Below are positions 9,614 to 19,152 of a DNA stretch of 64,000 bases, piece after piece. Position numbers and translations under genes: made by a program. Each line of letters opens with the position of its first letter. Within the stretch, counting starts at the first letter, position 1. The notes below the pieces were generated by a model. That model was not told the origin of the DNA. It ran no database searches and saw nothing but the letters and a program-made list of their open reading frames with translations. Source of the stretch: Candidatus Enterousia sp. (GTDB taxonomy: Bacteria; Pseudomonadota; Alphaproteobacteria; Rs-D84); the NCBI GenBank assembly GCA_045654485.1, contig JAZONN010000023.1, positions 103,342-167,341 of the forward strand, written 5' to 3'.

Positions 9614-10234
9614 ATGAAATTTATGGGTAAAACATTTTTATTAACAGTTTCTTTCTTGGTGGGAGGAGTGACGGCGTCGTTCGCTGTTTCATTACAGGGA
9701 ACGGCGTTTGTCAACATAACAAGTGATACCGCAGCGACGGCCAAGAATATTGCGTTTGATGAAGCACGCAGACAAATCTTAAACGATAAATTGCGGCAAT
9801 ATGCAGATGCAGATGCATTAAGAGAAGCGATTAAGACCGCAAAACGTGATGATTTGGCGAATTTGATTTTGCAGTCCAGTATTGATGGTGAACAAACATC
9901 GGATACTACGTATTCTGCATCCGTTTCAATGACTATTGATATTGATGTGGCACGCCAATGGTTGACACAAAATGAAATTCAAAATTGGTTGCCAACAAAT
10001 GATGTGATGGACACGTTTGTGGTTAATGTTAAAATGTCGGATAAATTGGTTGATTGGTCTGATTTGAACCGTATCGCACGTGCAAAAAATATTGATTTGA
10101 ATGTTGTGGAATTGGCGGGTAATGTGGTGCAATTGAAATTGCCTAAATCTGTACGTACGGATTTTACAATTGCGATACGTGGTGCAGGATGGCGTTATGC
10201 CGACCAAGATGGTGAATTAAGTATTTGGAAATAG
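9614..10234 (+). CDS. exported protein of unknown function
   Basis: ORF 9599..10234. ATG 9614 follows the upstream stop (9610-9612) directly. Signal-like MKFMGKTFLLTVSFLVGGVTASFA. The start is uncertain (9599, 9614 or 9623). Confidence 0.55.
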   Translation: MKFMGKTFLLTVSFLVGGVTASFAVSLQGTAFVNITSDTAATAKNIAFDEARRQILNDKLRQYADADALREAIKTAKRDDLANLILQSSIDGEQTSDTTYSASVSMTIDIDVARQWLTQNEIQNWLPTNDVMDTFVVNVKMSDKLVDWSDLNRIARAKNIDLNVVELAGNVVQLKLPKSVRTDFTIAIRGAGWRYADQDGELSIWK

Positions 10235-10235
10235 T

Positions 10236-11123
10236 ATGTTATCAAAAGGATGTGGTGTGAAAAAGTTATCTGTTTTTTCTTTGGCGGTTTTGTTGTCTGG
10301 TGTGGCGTATGGTGCAGATAGTTCGGACGTAAATAATGCTGCGACTTTAAATTTGGCGGTACGTCGTATTGGATTGGAATGGTCAAAGACAACGGTGCGA
10401 CATGCGGCAGAATACCAAGAATCGCCTGTGTCTGCATTAAAGGCCGACAGTCAAGATTTTATCAAAGGTGTTTTTGATACCGCGTTGGAATATAATAAGA
10501 ATAGATTTCAATGGGATAATTCTTTATTTATGGAATATGGTGAAACCAAGTTGAAACCATATGATGAACCAATGACGGTTAGTGAAAATGCAGATGATAT
10601 TTTATTTAGCAGTAATTTATCTTATGCTTGCTGGGAATTTTCGGGTTTTAAATTTGGTCCAACCGTTCGTGGTGCATATGACACAGAATTTAAAACGGCC
10701 GATGATACCCCACGTCAAAACATTTTGCGTGCCAATGCCGGTCTTTCATTATTTGATAATTCGGTTATTAAAAGTTTGTATTTGACGGGTGTGTATGAAT
10801 ACGACTTTACCTATGCCGGTGAACAGATTAGTAAAATGGCCGCCGAAGTTGGTTGGCGTATGGAATATCAGGTTCGTGATGGTGTAAAATTGTCCACAAA
10901 TGGGTATTATCGTGAATATTTAAGTTATTCTGATTTTGTTGCAACCGATTTGGAACGTGATTTAAGTGCGGTTGTGCGTATGGATACCAATTTGTGGGGG
11001 GATTTAACCATGGGGCCATATGTGCAATATCGTCGTGCCCGTGCACGTGGCGCCGATGTATATGGCAGTAATTTTATCATGGGCGTATCGTTTAATTATA
11101 TAACTACATTTGGATTAATGTGA
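10236..11123 (+). CDS. outer-membrane beta-barrel protein (possibly DUF3078-like)
   Basis: 295 aa. An alternative GTG start at 10257 (KKLSVFSLAVLLSGVAYG) is preceded by AAGGA. The protein is beta-strand rich and contains ...RFQWDNSLFMEYGETKLK... Confidence 0.6.
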   Translation: MLSKGCGVKKLSVFSLAVLLSGVAYGADSSDVNNAATLNLAVRRIGLEWSKTTVRHAAEYQESPVSALKADSQDFIKGVFDTALEYNKNRFQWDNSLFMEYGETKLKPYDEPMTVSENADDILFSSNLSYACWEFSGFKFGPTVRGAYDTEFKTADDTPRQNILRANAGLSLFDNSVIKSLYLTGVYEYDFTYAGEQISKMAAEVGWRMEYQVRDGVKLSTNGYYREYLSYSDFVATDLERDLSAVVRMDTNLWGDLTMGPYVQYRRARARGADVYGSNFIMGVSFNYITTFGLM

Positions 11124-11130
11124 TGTTATC

Positions 11131-11159
11131 AGACCGTTCAAATGAACGGTCTTTTTTTA
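11131..11159 (+). terminator. intrinsic terminator of the 8074-11123 operon
   Basis: AGACCGTTCA-AAT-GAACGGTCT followed by TTTTTTT. Confidence 0.75.
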
Positions 11160-11208
11160 TGAAAAAATTACTTGGTAATGATATTTTTTGGTGTTAATAT
11201 CTGGGGCG

Positions 11209-11835
11209 ATGATAAAAGGTGTTCCGGATTTTTCTGTGGAATTGGAAAGTGGATTTTCCGTCATCGCCGGTGTGGATGAGGCCGGACGTGGGCCATTGTG
11301 TGGGCCGGTTGTGGCGGCGGCGGTTGTGTTCCCAAATTTTAATATTGATATTCCGGTGATTATTCGTGATTCAAAAAAAATGACCGCGTCCCAAAGGGCG
11401 GTTGCATATGATTGGATTGTAAAAAATACAACGTGGGCGGTTGGTCAATGTTCGCCCGATGAAATTGATGAATTAAATATTTTATGGGCGTCGATGTTGG
11501 CGATGCGTCGTGCGGTTGAATCTTTGAGTTGTGTGCCACAATATTGCTTGGTTGACGGGAACAGATTGCCGGATGGATTAAATGGTGCGCCAATTGTCAA
11601 AGGTGATGGACGGTCGTTGTCTATTGCGGCGGCGTCTATTGTTGCCAAAGAAACACGTGATCGTATTATGCATGATTTGGCACAACAATTTCCGCAATAT
11701 CAATGGGATAAAAATGCCGGATATCCAACACAATCTCATTTGCAAGCCATTGAAAAGTATGGTATAAATCAGCACTATCGTAAGAGTTTTGGACCAATTA
11801 AGGAAAGGATAAAAAATGAATCTGCGCACGATTGA
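11209..11835 (+). CDS. rnhB: ribonuclease HII
   Basis: IAGVDEAGRGPLCGPVVAAAVV catalytic motif. I prefer ATG 11209 (MIKGVPDF) over the TTG at 11188. Confidence 0.9.
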   Translation: MIKGVPDFSVELESGFSVIAGVDEAGRGPLCGPVVAAAVVFPNFNIDIPVIIRDSKKMTASQRAVAYDWIVKNTTWAVGQCSPDEIDELNILWASMLAMRRAVESLSCVPQYCLVDGNRLPDGLNGAPIVKGDGRSLSIAAASIVAKETRDRIMHDLAQQFPQYQWDKNAGYPTQSHLQAIEKYGINQHYRKSFGPIKERIKNESAHD

Positions 11836-12985
11836 TAATATTGATGTTCGTGGTAAGTATGTGTTACTGCGTGATGATTTTAATGTTCAGATTGTTGATG
11901 GACATATAACGGACGCATTTCGTATTGAACAAAGTATGCCGACGATTAATAAACTGCGTGCGGCGGGTGCGCGTGTTGTTGTTGTGGCACATCGTGGTCG
12001 CCCAAAAGGTGTACGTGATATGGCGTATACTTTGCAACCGATTGCCGATTATATGGGGGTTAAATTAATCGCCGATTGTTTGGACAAAGATTTCTTGGCC
12101 GATATGCACGATGGTGATTTGGTGTTATTGGAAAATGTGCGTTTTTATTCCGGTGAAGAAAAAAATGACCCTGCATTTGCCGCCGATTTGGCGCGTGGAT
12201 ATGATTTATTTGTAAACGATGCGTTTGCGGTTTCACATCGTGCACACGCCAGTACCGTTGGTGTTGCAGAGATATTGCCATCATATGCGGGGGATTTATT
12301 GGCGTCCGAAATTCATCATTTGTCGGACGTTATGGAAAATCCCCAGCGTCCATTATTGTCAATTGTCGCAGGCAGTAAAGTTTCCACCAAAATTGGCGTC
12401 TTAAAAGCATTGGCCAAGTTGTCCGATACATTGATTATTGGCGGGGCATTGGGTACAACATTTAACTATGCAATGGGTGGACGTGTTGGTAATTCTTTGT
12501 ACGAAGCGGATCAGAAAGATACTGCTTTGGAAATTATGGAATTTGCACGGGAAAATAATTGTCGTGTATTGTTGCCGTTGGATAAAGGTGTGGCCAAAGA
12601 ATTTGCACGTGATGCGGTGCGTTATAACAAGAATTTTACAGAAATCGAAGATGATGACGTTATCATTGACGCGGGCATTGAAACAACCGAACGTGATGTT
12701 GCAGAAATTCGTGCGGCACGTACCGTTATTTGGAATGGCACGGTTGGTATGGCGGAATGGATGCCAACATGGTCGTATGGTTCATTTGCATTGGCGAATG
12801 CCATGGCTGAACAGACACGTGCCGGTAAATTGGACAGCATTGTTGGCGGTGGTGATACCGTTGCTGCATTAGAGGCCTGTGGCGTCAAAGATGATATAAC
12901 ATATGTTTCAACCGGTGGTGGCGCGTTCTTGGAATTTATTGAAGGTCGCGTTTTGCCCGGTGTCGCAATTTTAGAAGATAAATAA
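11816..12985 (+). CDS. pgk: phosphoglycerate kinase
   Basis: 389 aa with LLRDDFNV near the N-terminus and ...STGGGAFLEFIEG near the C-terminus. RBS AAGGAAAGGA. Overlaps rnhB by 20 nt. Confidence 0.95.
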   Translation: MNLRTIDNIDVRGKYVLLRDDFNVQIVDGHITDAFRIEQSMPTINKLRAAGARVVVVAHRGRPKGVRDMAYTLQPIADYMGVKLIADCLDKDFLADMHDGDLVLLENVRFYSGEEKNDPAFAADLARGYDLFVNDAFAVSHRAHASTVGVAEILPSYAGDLLASEIHHLSDVMENPQRPLLSIVAGSKVSTKIGVLKALAKLSDTLIIGGALGTTFNYAMGGRVGNSLYEADQKDTALEIMEFARENNCRVLLPLDKGVAKEFARDAVRYNKNFTEIEDDDVIIDAGIETTERDVAEIRAARTVIWNGTVGMAEWMPTWSYGSFALANAMAEQTRAGKLDSIVGGGDTVAALEACGVKDDITYVSTGGGAFLEFIEGRVLPGVAILEDK

Positions 12986-13014
12986 ATTAACAAAACAAAA
13001 CGAAGGAGCAAAGT

Positions 13015-14253
13015 ATGAAAATCAAACCTTTTGCGGGTGTTCGCCCACCAAAAGAATTGGCAGCCGAAGTGGCTTCACGTCCATATGACGTTTTGAATTC
13101 TGTAGAAGCCAAAGCCGAGGCCGGTGAAAAATCATTGCTGCATATTATTAAGCCAGAAATTGATTTTGACCCAATTGCAGACGAACATTCACAACCGGTG
13201 TATGATAAAGCGGTTGAAAATTTCAAATTGTGGCAAGAACGTGGTTGGTTGGTTCAAGATGATGCCGAAATGTACTATGTTTATGCGCAAACAATGGATG
13301 GTCGTACCCAGTATGGATTGGTTGCGGCGGCAAATGTTGACGATTATATGACCGGCAAAATTAAAAAACACGAATTGACACGTAAAGACAAAGAGGAAGA
13401 CCGTATGATTCACGTTCGTATCCAAGATGCGAATATTGAACCGGTGTTCTTTGCATATCCAGATGTCGCCGAAATGAACGAAATTGTTGAAAATATCGTT
13501 AAAAATCAAGAACCAGAATATGACTTTGTTGCCGAAGATGGTTTTGGCCACACATTTTGGGCAATTCGTGATGCGGCGGTTAATGCACGTATAACAGAAA
13601 TCTTTGCAGAAATTCCGGCATTGTATGTTGCAGACGGTCATCATCGTACGGCGGCGGCGGCTTTGGTGGGTGCGGAAAAGCGTGCCGCAAATCCAAACCA
13701 CACCGGTGAAGAAGAATATAATTATTTCTTGGCGGTGATTTTCCCAGAAAGCCAATTGAAAATTATTGACTATAACCGTTTGGTAAAAGATTTAAATGGT
13801 TTGACACCGGCGGAATTCTTGGAAAAAGTATCTGAATCGTTTGATGTCGTGGAAAATGGTGCGGAAATTTATACACCAAATGCATTGCATAACTTTGGTA
13901 TGTATTTAGATGGCAAATGGTATTCATTGACCGCCAAAGCCGGCACATATGACGACAATGATCCAATTGGTGTATTGGATGTGACGGTATTATCAAATTT
14001 GGTATTTGATAAAATTTTGGAATTGGGTGATTTGCGTACATCAAAGCGTATTGACTTTGTTGGCGGTATTCGTGGTCTGGGTGAATTGCAAAAACGCGTG
14101 GACAGTGGTGAAATGGTTGCGGCGTTTGCATTATATCCGGTTACGATGCGTCAAATTATTGATATCGCAGATACAGGCAATATTATGCCACCAAAGACAA
14201 CATGGTTTGAACCAAAATTACGTAGTGGTTTGGTAATCCATAAATTGTCGTAA
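13015..14253 (+). CDS. DUF1015 family protein
   Basis: 412 aa with the LYVADGHHRTAAA motif and the family's typical length. RBS AAGGAG. Confidence 0.8.
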   Translation: MKIKPFAGVRPPKELAAEVASRPYDVLNSVEAKAEAGEKSLLHIIKPEIDFDPIADEHSQPVYDKAVENFKLWQERGWLVQDDAEMYYVYAQTMDGRTQYGLVAAANVDDYMTGKIKKHELTRKDKEEDRMIHVRIQDANIEPVFFAYPDVAEMNEIVENIVKNQEPEYDFVAEDGFGHTFWAIRDAAVNARITEIFAEIPALYVADGHHRTAAAALVGAEKRAANPNHTGEEEYNYFLAVIFPESQLKIIDYNRLVKDLNGLTPAEFLEKVSESFDVVENGAEIYTPNALHNFGMYLDGKWYSLTAKAGTYDDNDPIGVLDVTVLSNLVFDKILELGDLRTSKRIDFVGGIRGLGELQKRVDSGEMVAAFALYPVTMRQIIDIADTGNIMPPKTTWFEPKLRSGLVIHKLS

Positions 14254-14262
14254 TTGTATGGG

Positions 14263-14290
14263 GTGGGGCGTAAAAGCCCCACTTTTTTTA
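14263..14290 (+). terminator. intrinsic terminator
   Basis: GTGGGGC-GTAAAA-GCCCCAC followed by TTTTTTT. Confidence 0.75.
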
Positions 14291-14304
14291 TGTCTATTTA
14301 TTGA

Positions 14305-14331
14305 TAAAAAAATCCCACCAAAATGGTGGGA
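14305..14331 (-). terminator. intrinsic terminator of the porin-like gene
   Basis: On the minus strand, TCCCACCA-TTT-TGGTGGGA followed by TTTTTTT. Confidence 0.7.
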
Positions 14332-14376
14332 AATTGTCCAATATATATTAAATTTATTTGTTTGTGTTCTTTATAA

Positions 14377-15453
14377 TTAGAACTGAACATTCAAACGAAC
14401 ACCCAATTCAGCTTTGACATCTGTGCCGTTCTGAGATTGTGCGTGTGATTCGTCAAATGTGTATTCACCGTAAACGGCAACCTGGGTTGCGTCGGTTAAT
14501 TGATATGCGGCGGTCAAGTTAACGATATATTCGTCAAAGCCGTCTTCCATATCTTCTACGACAGCCATCAATTTGCTGATAGCTTGTTCTTGTGCTTTGT
14601 TTGCTGTTAAGGCGCCGTCAACGGTTGCTCCCATACCTGTTTTGATTTCGCTTAAATCAGAAGCCAATCCTTCTACACCGTTGTCTGAATGGTGTTTAAA
14701 TGTAAATCCACCACCGAATGACCAACGGTCATCCAATTGATAGAACATTTTCAAACCGGCATTTACTTCGGTTGTAGATTTCAGGTCAACAGAGATTTCG
14801 TCTGGAAAGCCGAATTGTTTATTGTTAAACACAACTACACCTTGTTCTAATGCTGTTAAATCTACTGGGAAAGGCATGCCTGTTACATCAATTTCGTTGT
14901 TGTCATTACCGAATGTACGCAATACTTCTACGAAACCTGCTGCACTAAATTTAGACCACTGTTTACCGAATTGTGTTCCAACGTGGAAACCCCAACGGCC
15001 GTTTGAATAGTTGTCATAGTTAAAGCCCTGTGCGGTGTATGCACCGGACATTGGACTAACCCCGCCCAATTGTGCGTCGGCATACAAATCCCAAGCCCAA
15101 CCGTCTTCTGTATCAATTGCACGGTATTTCAAACCAGCACGACCCAAATGCATACCTTTGCGGTCAATGTCGCCGTCGTGGGTATAGCCAAATTTGGCAT
15201 ACGCTTCCAGATTGTCTAAAATACCATAACCCAATTCTTCTTGAACGCGCCAAATTGGAAATTCTGTGGCGCCGTCATGATTTTTTGCCTGCATGGCTTT
15301 TGAATCGTCGGCGACTTTATACATAACGCCGGCGGATGTTTTGGAATATCCGGTGCCTTGTTTTGGCATATACAATGGATTTTCCAAGTTGGCTGCAATT
15401 GCAGGTGCCGCAAATACGGACAAGGCAACTGCTGCACTTAAAGTTTTTTTCAT
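14377..15453 (-). CDS. porin-like outer-membrane beta-barrel protein
   Basis: ORF 14377..15540. I start at ATG 15453 (MKKTLSAAVALSVFAAPAIA), which has AAGGAG upstream. C-terminal ...GVRLNVQF. Confidence 0.7.
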   Translation of the reverse strand: MKKTLSAAVALSVFAAPAIAANLENPLYMPKQGTGYSKTSAGVMYKVADDSKAMQAKNHDGATEFPIWRVQEELGYGILDNLEAYAKFGYTHDGDIDRKGMHLGRAGLKYRAIDTEDGWAWDLYADAQLGGVSPMSGAYTAQGFNYDNYSNGRWGFHVGTQFGKQWSKFSAAGFVEVLRTFGNDNNEIDVTGMPFPVDLTALEQGVVVFNNKQFGFPDEISVDLKSTTEVNAGLKMFYQLDDRWSFGGGFTFKHHSDNGVEGLASDLSEIKTGMGATVDGALTANKAQEQAISKLMAVVEDMEDGFDEYIVNLTAAYQLTDATQVAVYGEYTFDESHAQSQNGTDVKAELGVRLNVQF

Positions 15454-15489
15454 CTGTTTAACTCCTTGTTTTCGATGAAATGCCACACC

Positions 15490-15540
15490 CCCATTATTGG
15501 CAAGATGCGGGTGCATATCCATACCGCCCATTATTGGCAA
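15490..15540 (-). promoter_or_regulatory. two direct copies of a 14-mer in the porin 5' region (candidate operator or UTR element)
   Basis: CCCATTATTGGCAA occurs at 15490-15503 and 15527-15540 (37-bp spacing), 37-87 nt upstream of ATG 15453. Confidence 0.3.
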
Positions 15541-15622
15541 CAGTATGTGTTTGTGATAAGCACGTTTTCATTTTTGAATATATTAGGACATATGTCAAAA
15601 AATCTTTTTGCTTGACAAGGGC

Positions 15623-15651
15623 TTGAAAAAAAGTAATGACCGCGCTATAAT
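15623..15651 (+). promoter_or_regulatory. sigma70-like promoter
   Basis: TTGAAA (15623-28), 17-nt spacer, TATAAT (15646-51), upstream of the 15706 gene. Confidence 0.4.
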
Positions 15652-15705
15652 ATTTGTATGGGTGGGTGGCGTCAATAATATTTAACCCAAATAAAGGGGG
15701 CGTAT

Positions 15706-16638
15706 ATGCAAAGTTATTTATCGAATGCAAGTGGTGCAATCCAAATTCCTGTTAATCAAAATGTTCGGCAACGTGTTGACGTACGTGACCGTGTTGCATT
15801 GGCAAACGCATATATGAAAATGTTTTCTGGGACATCTTGGGTGCGTTGGGCAAATGGTGATTGCCTTGGACGTGCATGGCAGGGGTCTTTGGAAATGTGT
15901 GGCACAATTGTTGGCGCAAAACAAAAATCAAATAATCCTGCGGCACAACATTTGAATAATGTTTATGTGGCGCATAAAAAATATTGGTCCCGAATAATTA
16001 TGACAAATCGGTCCAGCGACAGTATTATTAATGCAAATTCAGAAGATGTGGTATCTAAATCCGAATATGGTAAACGGTTGATGGGTGAAGGTTTGGGTGA
16101 AATTAATATAATATTGGCACGCTATCAAGAACGTGTGGAAGAAAAACAAAAAGCCGAATTTATGCGTGGATATAAATCTGTGTCGGCGGTGCGTAGCGGT
16201 ATGATGGGTGGTGTAAAGCAAACACAATCTAAACCGGTACAATCGCATAACACGGCGTCGGAATCGGTTCGGTCGAACCCAGATGTTCGCAATAATCCGC
16301 AATATTGGGTATGGCTGTTGATGATGTTGCAGAAATGGTTGGAAAAGCACAATCATAAATCGGTGGGTGGACAAAAACGTGCGGCATTGGCGGTGAACTA
16401 TGCGCCGGCAAAGCCACGTGTGCAAAAGTATGTGCCAAAACGTTCAAGTTTACAACCGTTGGTAAAACCAATGGCCAAACCAGAAAAATCTAATGCGGCG
16501 GTTGTGACACATGTTGCAAAAGCGAATCAGGCACAGAAAATGGCGGCGGCGAAAAAACGTGTTATGAATATGACTTTGAATTTACAATATATGATTCAGA
16601 TGCAACTTATGCACAATAAAAATCAAAAGGCGGTATAA
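15706..16638 (+). CDS. hypothetical protein (basic, no signal peptide)
   Basis: 310-aa ORF with RBS AAGGGGG. I recognise no motif. Confidence 0.5.
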   Translation: MQSYLSNASGAIQIPVNQNVRQRVDVRDRVALANAYMKMFSGTSWVRWANGDCLGRAWQGSLEMCGTIVGAKQKSNNPAAQHLNNVYVAHKKYWSRIIMTNRSSDSIINANSEDVVSKSEYGKRLMGEGLGEINIILARYQERVEEKQKAEFMRGYKSVSAVRSGMMGGVKQTQSKPVQSHNTASESVRSNPDVRNNPQYWVWLLMMLQKWLEKHNHKSVGGQKRAALAVNYAPAKPRVQKYVPKRSSLQPLVKPMAKPEKSNAAVVTHVAKANQAQKMAAAKKRVMNMTLNLQYMIQMQLMHNKNQKAV

Positions 16639-16652
16639 GGCAGGGCAGATAA

Positions 16653-17186
16653 ATGGATTTTGATTTTGAAAAAACTATTGCTATGTTGGATGGTAAATCT
16701 GCCCAGGATTTTGAAGCCAACCAAATAACAGACAAAGATCGGGAAATTGTTGCGCATGCAATTGATGTGCTGTTTACCGGATTGGCTTTGCGTGAATGGT
16801 TGGGAAATGTGACTTTGGGCGTTGCGTGGAATCGTGCTTTTGATGCATTGCGTGACGTGGTGTTTTCTATACCCATAAAAAATTTGATGACCGATTGTGT
16901 GCGATGTGCGGCGTTCGATTATATTAGACGCAAGAAAATGCAAATGACGGCGATTGCGCATACAAATGAATACATTAAATGTCCGGTGGAAAAACATGGG
17001 CTTTGGATGGCGGATGCGGAAAACAAGATTGCAGATGGTGCGGAAATTTTACGTCGATTGATTACTGAATTTCAACCACGTGTTTCATACGCTATGACCG
17101 AACGTGCCAGTATGACGGGTATACGGTTGCATCCGGAAAATGCCCGTGAATGCGAACGAGAAATGATTCGTGAAAGAAAAAATTAA
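16653..17186 (+). CDS. hypothetical protein
   Basis: 177-aa ORF, 14 nt after the previous gene. The weak ...CAAFDYIRRKK... resemblance to the end of sigma-70 region 2 is not enough for a call. Confidence 0.45.
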   Translation: MDFDFEKTIAMLDGKSAQDFEANQITDKDREIVAHAIDVLFTGLALREWLGNVTLGVAWNRAFDALRDVVFSIPIKNLMTDCVRCAAFDYIRRKKMQMTAIAHTNEYIKCPVEKHGLWMADAENKIADGAEILRRLITEFQPRVSYAMTERASMTGIRLHPENARECEREMIRERKN

Positions 17187-17207
17187 AAACCGCCATTTTG
17201 GCGGTTT
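17187..17207. terminator. bidirectional terminator hairpin between convergent genes
   Basis: AAACCGCC-ATTTT-GGCGGTTT. Confidence 0.6.
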
Positions 17208-17210
17208 AAT

Positions 17211-18323
17211 TTAACGGTTTGTTAATTGTAATTCTATGCGACGATTTTGTTGTAATGATTTTGCGTCGGAACCCAATTCAATTGGGTGCAGGTCGCCAAA
17301 GCCACTTGGGACCAGACGGCGTTTGGATACACCGGCCTTGGCCAATTCGTTCACAACGGCGGTTGCACGTAGCAATGATAATTCTGTGTTGTTTTTGTAA
17401 TCGCATGTGCCGGGGATGACGGCTTTCTTATCTGTGTGGCCGTCAACACGGATAATCCAATCGATGTCAGTTGGGATTTTTTCTTCCATGTCCTTGATGA
17501 CGGTGGCGATTGCGTGTAATTGTTTTTTTCCTTCATTGCTAATGGTGTATGCGCCACTTGGGAATAATATGTCACTATTTACAATAAAGCGGTCGCCTTC
17601 GGTTGTGATTGTGGTACGGTCGCCTATGGCCAATTTGATGGCTTTGTAAAAATCCGACTGATACTTTGCGACGTCGTTTAATTCGGCAACTTTATCCGCC
17701 AAAGCACGATTCAGGCGCGACGACATTTCGACGTATTGAATTTCTTGGGCACGTGATTTTTCTTCGGCGGCATCCAATGCGCTTTGTAATGTTGCCAATT
17801 GTTCCAGCAGTTGTGTGCGTTGGACCAGCATATCTTTTTCTAGTTGTTGGCGTTCTTGTTCCAACTGTTCTGTTTTTGTCTTGTCTTGGTTTGCCAGATT
17901 TAATTGTTTGGTCAAATTTGCAACCATTTCTTGCATTTGGGTGTCTTGTTTTTGCAATTCAACCAATTTATTTTCGTATGCGGTGACCAAGTCATCGATG
18001 CTGCGGTTTGCTTCATCTAATTCCGATGTTAAGTTTGTATTTTGTTGTGTTAAATTGGTAATTTCTGTTTGTGCCAATGTAAGCAGGCGTTGTGATGCCT
18101 TTTCATTGTTGCTAATTTGTTCAATAGTTGCCGCCTGGGATGCGTTTGCTTGCTTTAATTCGGCAATTGCTTTGGCGCCGGTGGATTTGTTGAAAACACT
18201 TGTTGTGGTCCATAAAAACACAAACACAATCATCATAAATATTAATATAATTACCAAATTGGAAAACAGGTCAACAAAACCAGGCCATGCATTGGTGTGT
18301 GTACGATATCGAAAGTTCATCAT
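17211..18323 (-). CDS. MotB/OmpA-family stator B-subunit-like protein with a ~190-aa coiled coil
   Basis: 370 aa. N-terminal WPGFVDLFSNLVIILIFMMIVFV is a MotB-type TM helix with the conserved Asp. A long Q/E/L-rich heptad region follows. The C-terminus is OmpA-like: ...ELSLLRATAVVNELAKAGVSKRRLVPSGFG...NRRIELQL. Confidence 0.75.
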   Translation of the reverse strand: MMNFRYRTHTNAWPGFVDLFSNLVIILIFMMIVFVFLWTTTSVFNKSTGAKAIAELKQANASQAATIEQISNNEKASQRLLTLAQTEITNLTQQNTNLTSELDEANRSIDDLVTAYENKLVELQKQDTQMQEMVANLTKQLNLANQDKTKTEQLEQERQQLEKDMLVQRTQLLEQLATLQSALDAAEEKSRAQEIQYVEMSSRLNRALADKVAELNDVAKYQSDFYKAIKLAIGDRTTITTEGDRFIVNSDILFPSGAYTISNEGKKQLHAIATVIKDMEEKIPTDIDWIIRVDGHTDKKAVIPGTCDYKNNTELSLLRATAVVNELAKAGVSKRRLVPSGFGDLHPIELGSDAKSLQQNRRIELQLTNR

Positions 18324-18357
18324 GTTTGCTCTCTCTCAGTTTTATTCGTGTTGGCGG

Positions 18358-19128
18358 TTATTCGTTTAATGAATCACCAATGTTTTGTATCGTGCGTGTC
18401 AATTCACGTGTCGCCAAATTGATTTGTGGCAATACTGTTGCAATATCTTCGGTTGATACGGCGTGGGTATGTGCCGATAGGTAATCTTCTAATTCACGGA
18501 AAATTGCATTTTGTGCAAATTGTACTTGAAGCCCCAAGAATCCGATTATCAAACTGCCCCCCAGCCCCAAAAGCGAACTTGTGAATGCGGTTGCCATACC
18601 CGCCAATGGACGGGATAGGCCGGTTTGCATACTGTTTAAAACGGCTTCGTCGGAAAAGTTTAAATTTCCAATTAAATCTGCAAAGCCGCCAACGGTTAGA
18701 ATCAAACCCCAGAATGTTCCCAATAATCCTAAGAATATTAATGTGTTGGTGACATAGCGAATCGATTCACGTGAATCTTCGAATCGTATCAATATTGTTT
18801 CCATCAATCCGTTTAATGTTGTTGCGGATATGCGACGTGGACGTGAAGACAGCATATGTGCCACAGGTCGCAATAAACGTGGTGGTAATGTGGCTTTGCG
18901 GTGGCCGGTTGTGTATTCGTAAAGCCATCTATATTCTGGCAACAATTGGAAAATTTGAACAAAGCAAAGACCAATGCCAAACAAAGTTGTTCCAATGATT
19001 ATGCCGTTTAGCCATATGTTTGCAGACGAAATTTCCAAGAATTCCGCCCCAAAATATATCAGCCCCACAATTAATAATGTGGTGAAAATAGTCATCCGGT
19101 TTAATGCGCCGTGAAAATACTTTGTCAT
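18358..19128 (-). CDS. MotA/TolQ/ExbB-family proton-channel protein
   Basis: ORF 18358..19221, started at ATG 19128 (MTKYFHGALNRMTIFTTLLIVGLIYFG). Family signature LGLLGTFWGLI...GMATAFTSSLLGLGGSLIIGF. Confidence 0.7.
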   Translation of the reverse strand: MTKYFHGALNRMTIFTTLLIVGLIYFGAEFLEISSANIWLNGIIIGTTLFGIGLCFVQIFQLLPEYRWLYEYTTGHRKATLPPRLLRPVAHMLSSRPRRISATTLNGLMETILIRFEDSRESIRYVTNTLIFLGLLGTFWGLILTVGGFADLIGNLNFSDEAVLNSMQTGLSRPLAGMATAFTSSLLGLGGSLIIGFLGLQVQFAQNAIFRELEDYLSAHTHAVSTEDIATVLPQINLATRELTRTIQNIGDSLNE

Positions 19129-19152
19129 TGCAATAGACCCCCGTTTATCAAA

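Noticed and set aside
16653-17186. ECF sigma factor call for the 177-aa protein
   Set aside because: Only one short region-2-like stretch is present. There is no convincing region-4 HTH, and it is too weak without an HMM search.
17211-19128. Zorya (ZorAB) anti-phage system
   Set aside because: ZorA has a very long C-terminal tail and is accompanied by ZorC/ZorD or ZorE. Here the A subunit is only 256 aa, the coiled coil is on the B subunit, and no partner genes are adjacent.
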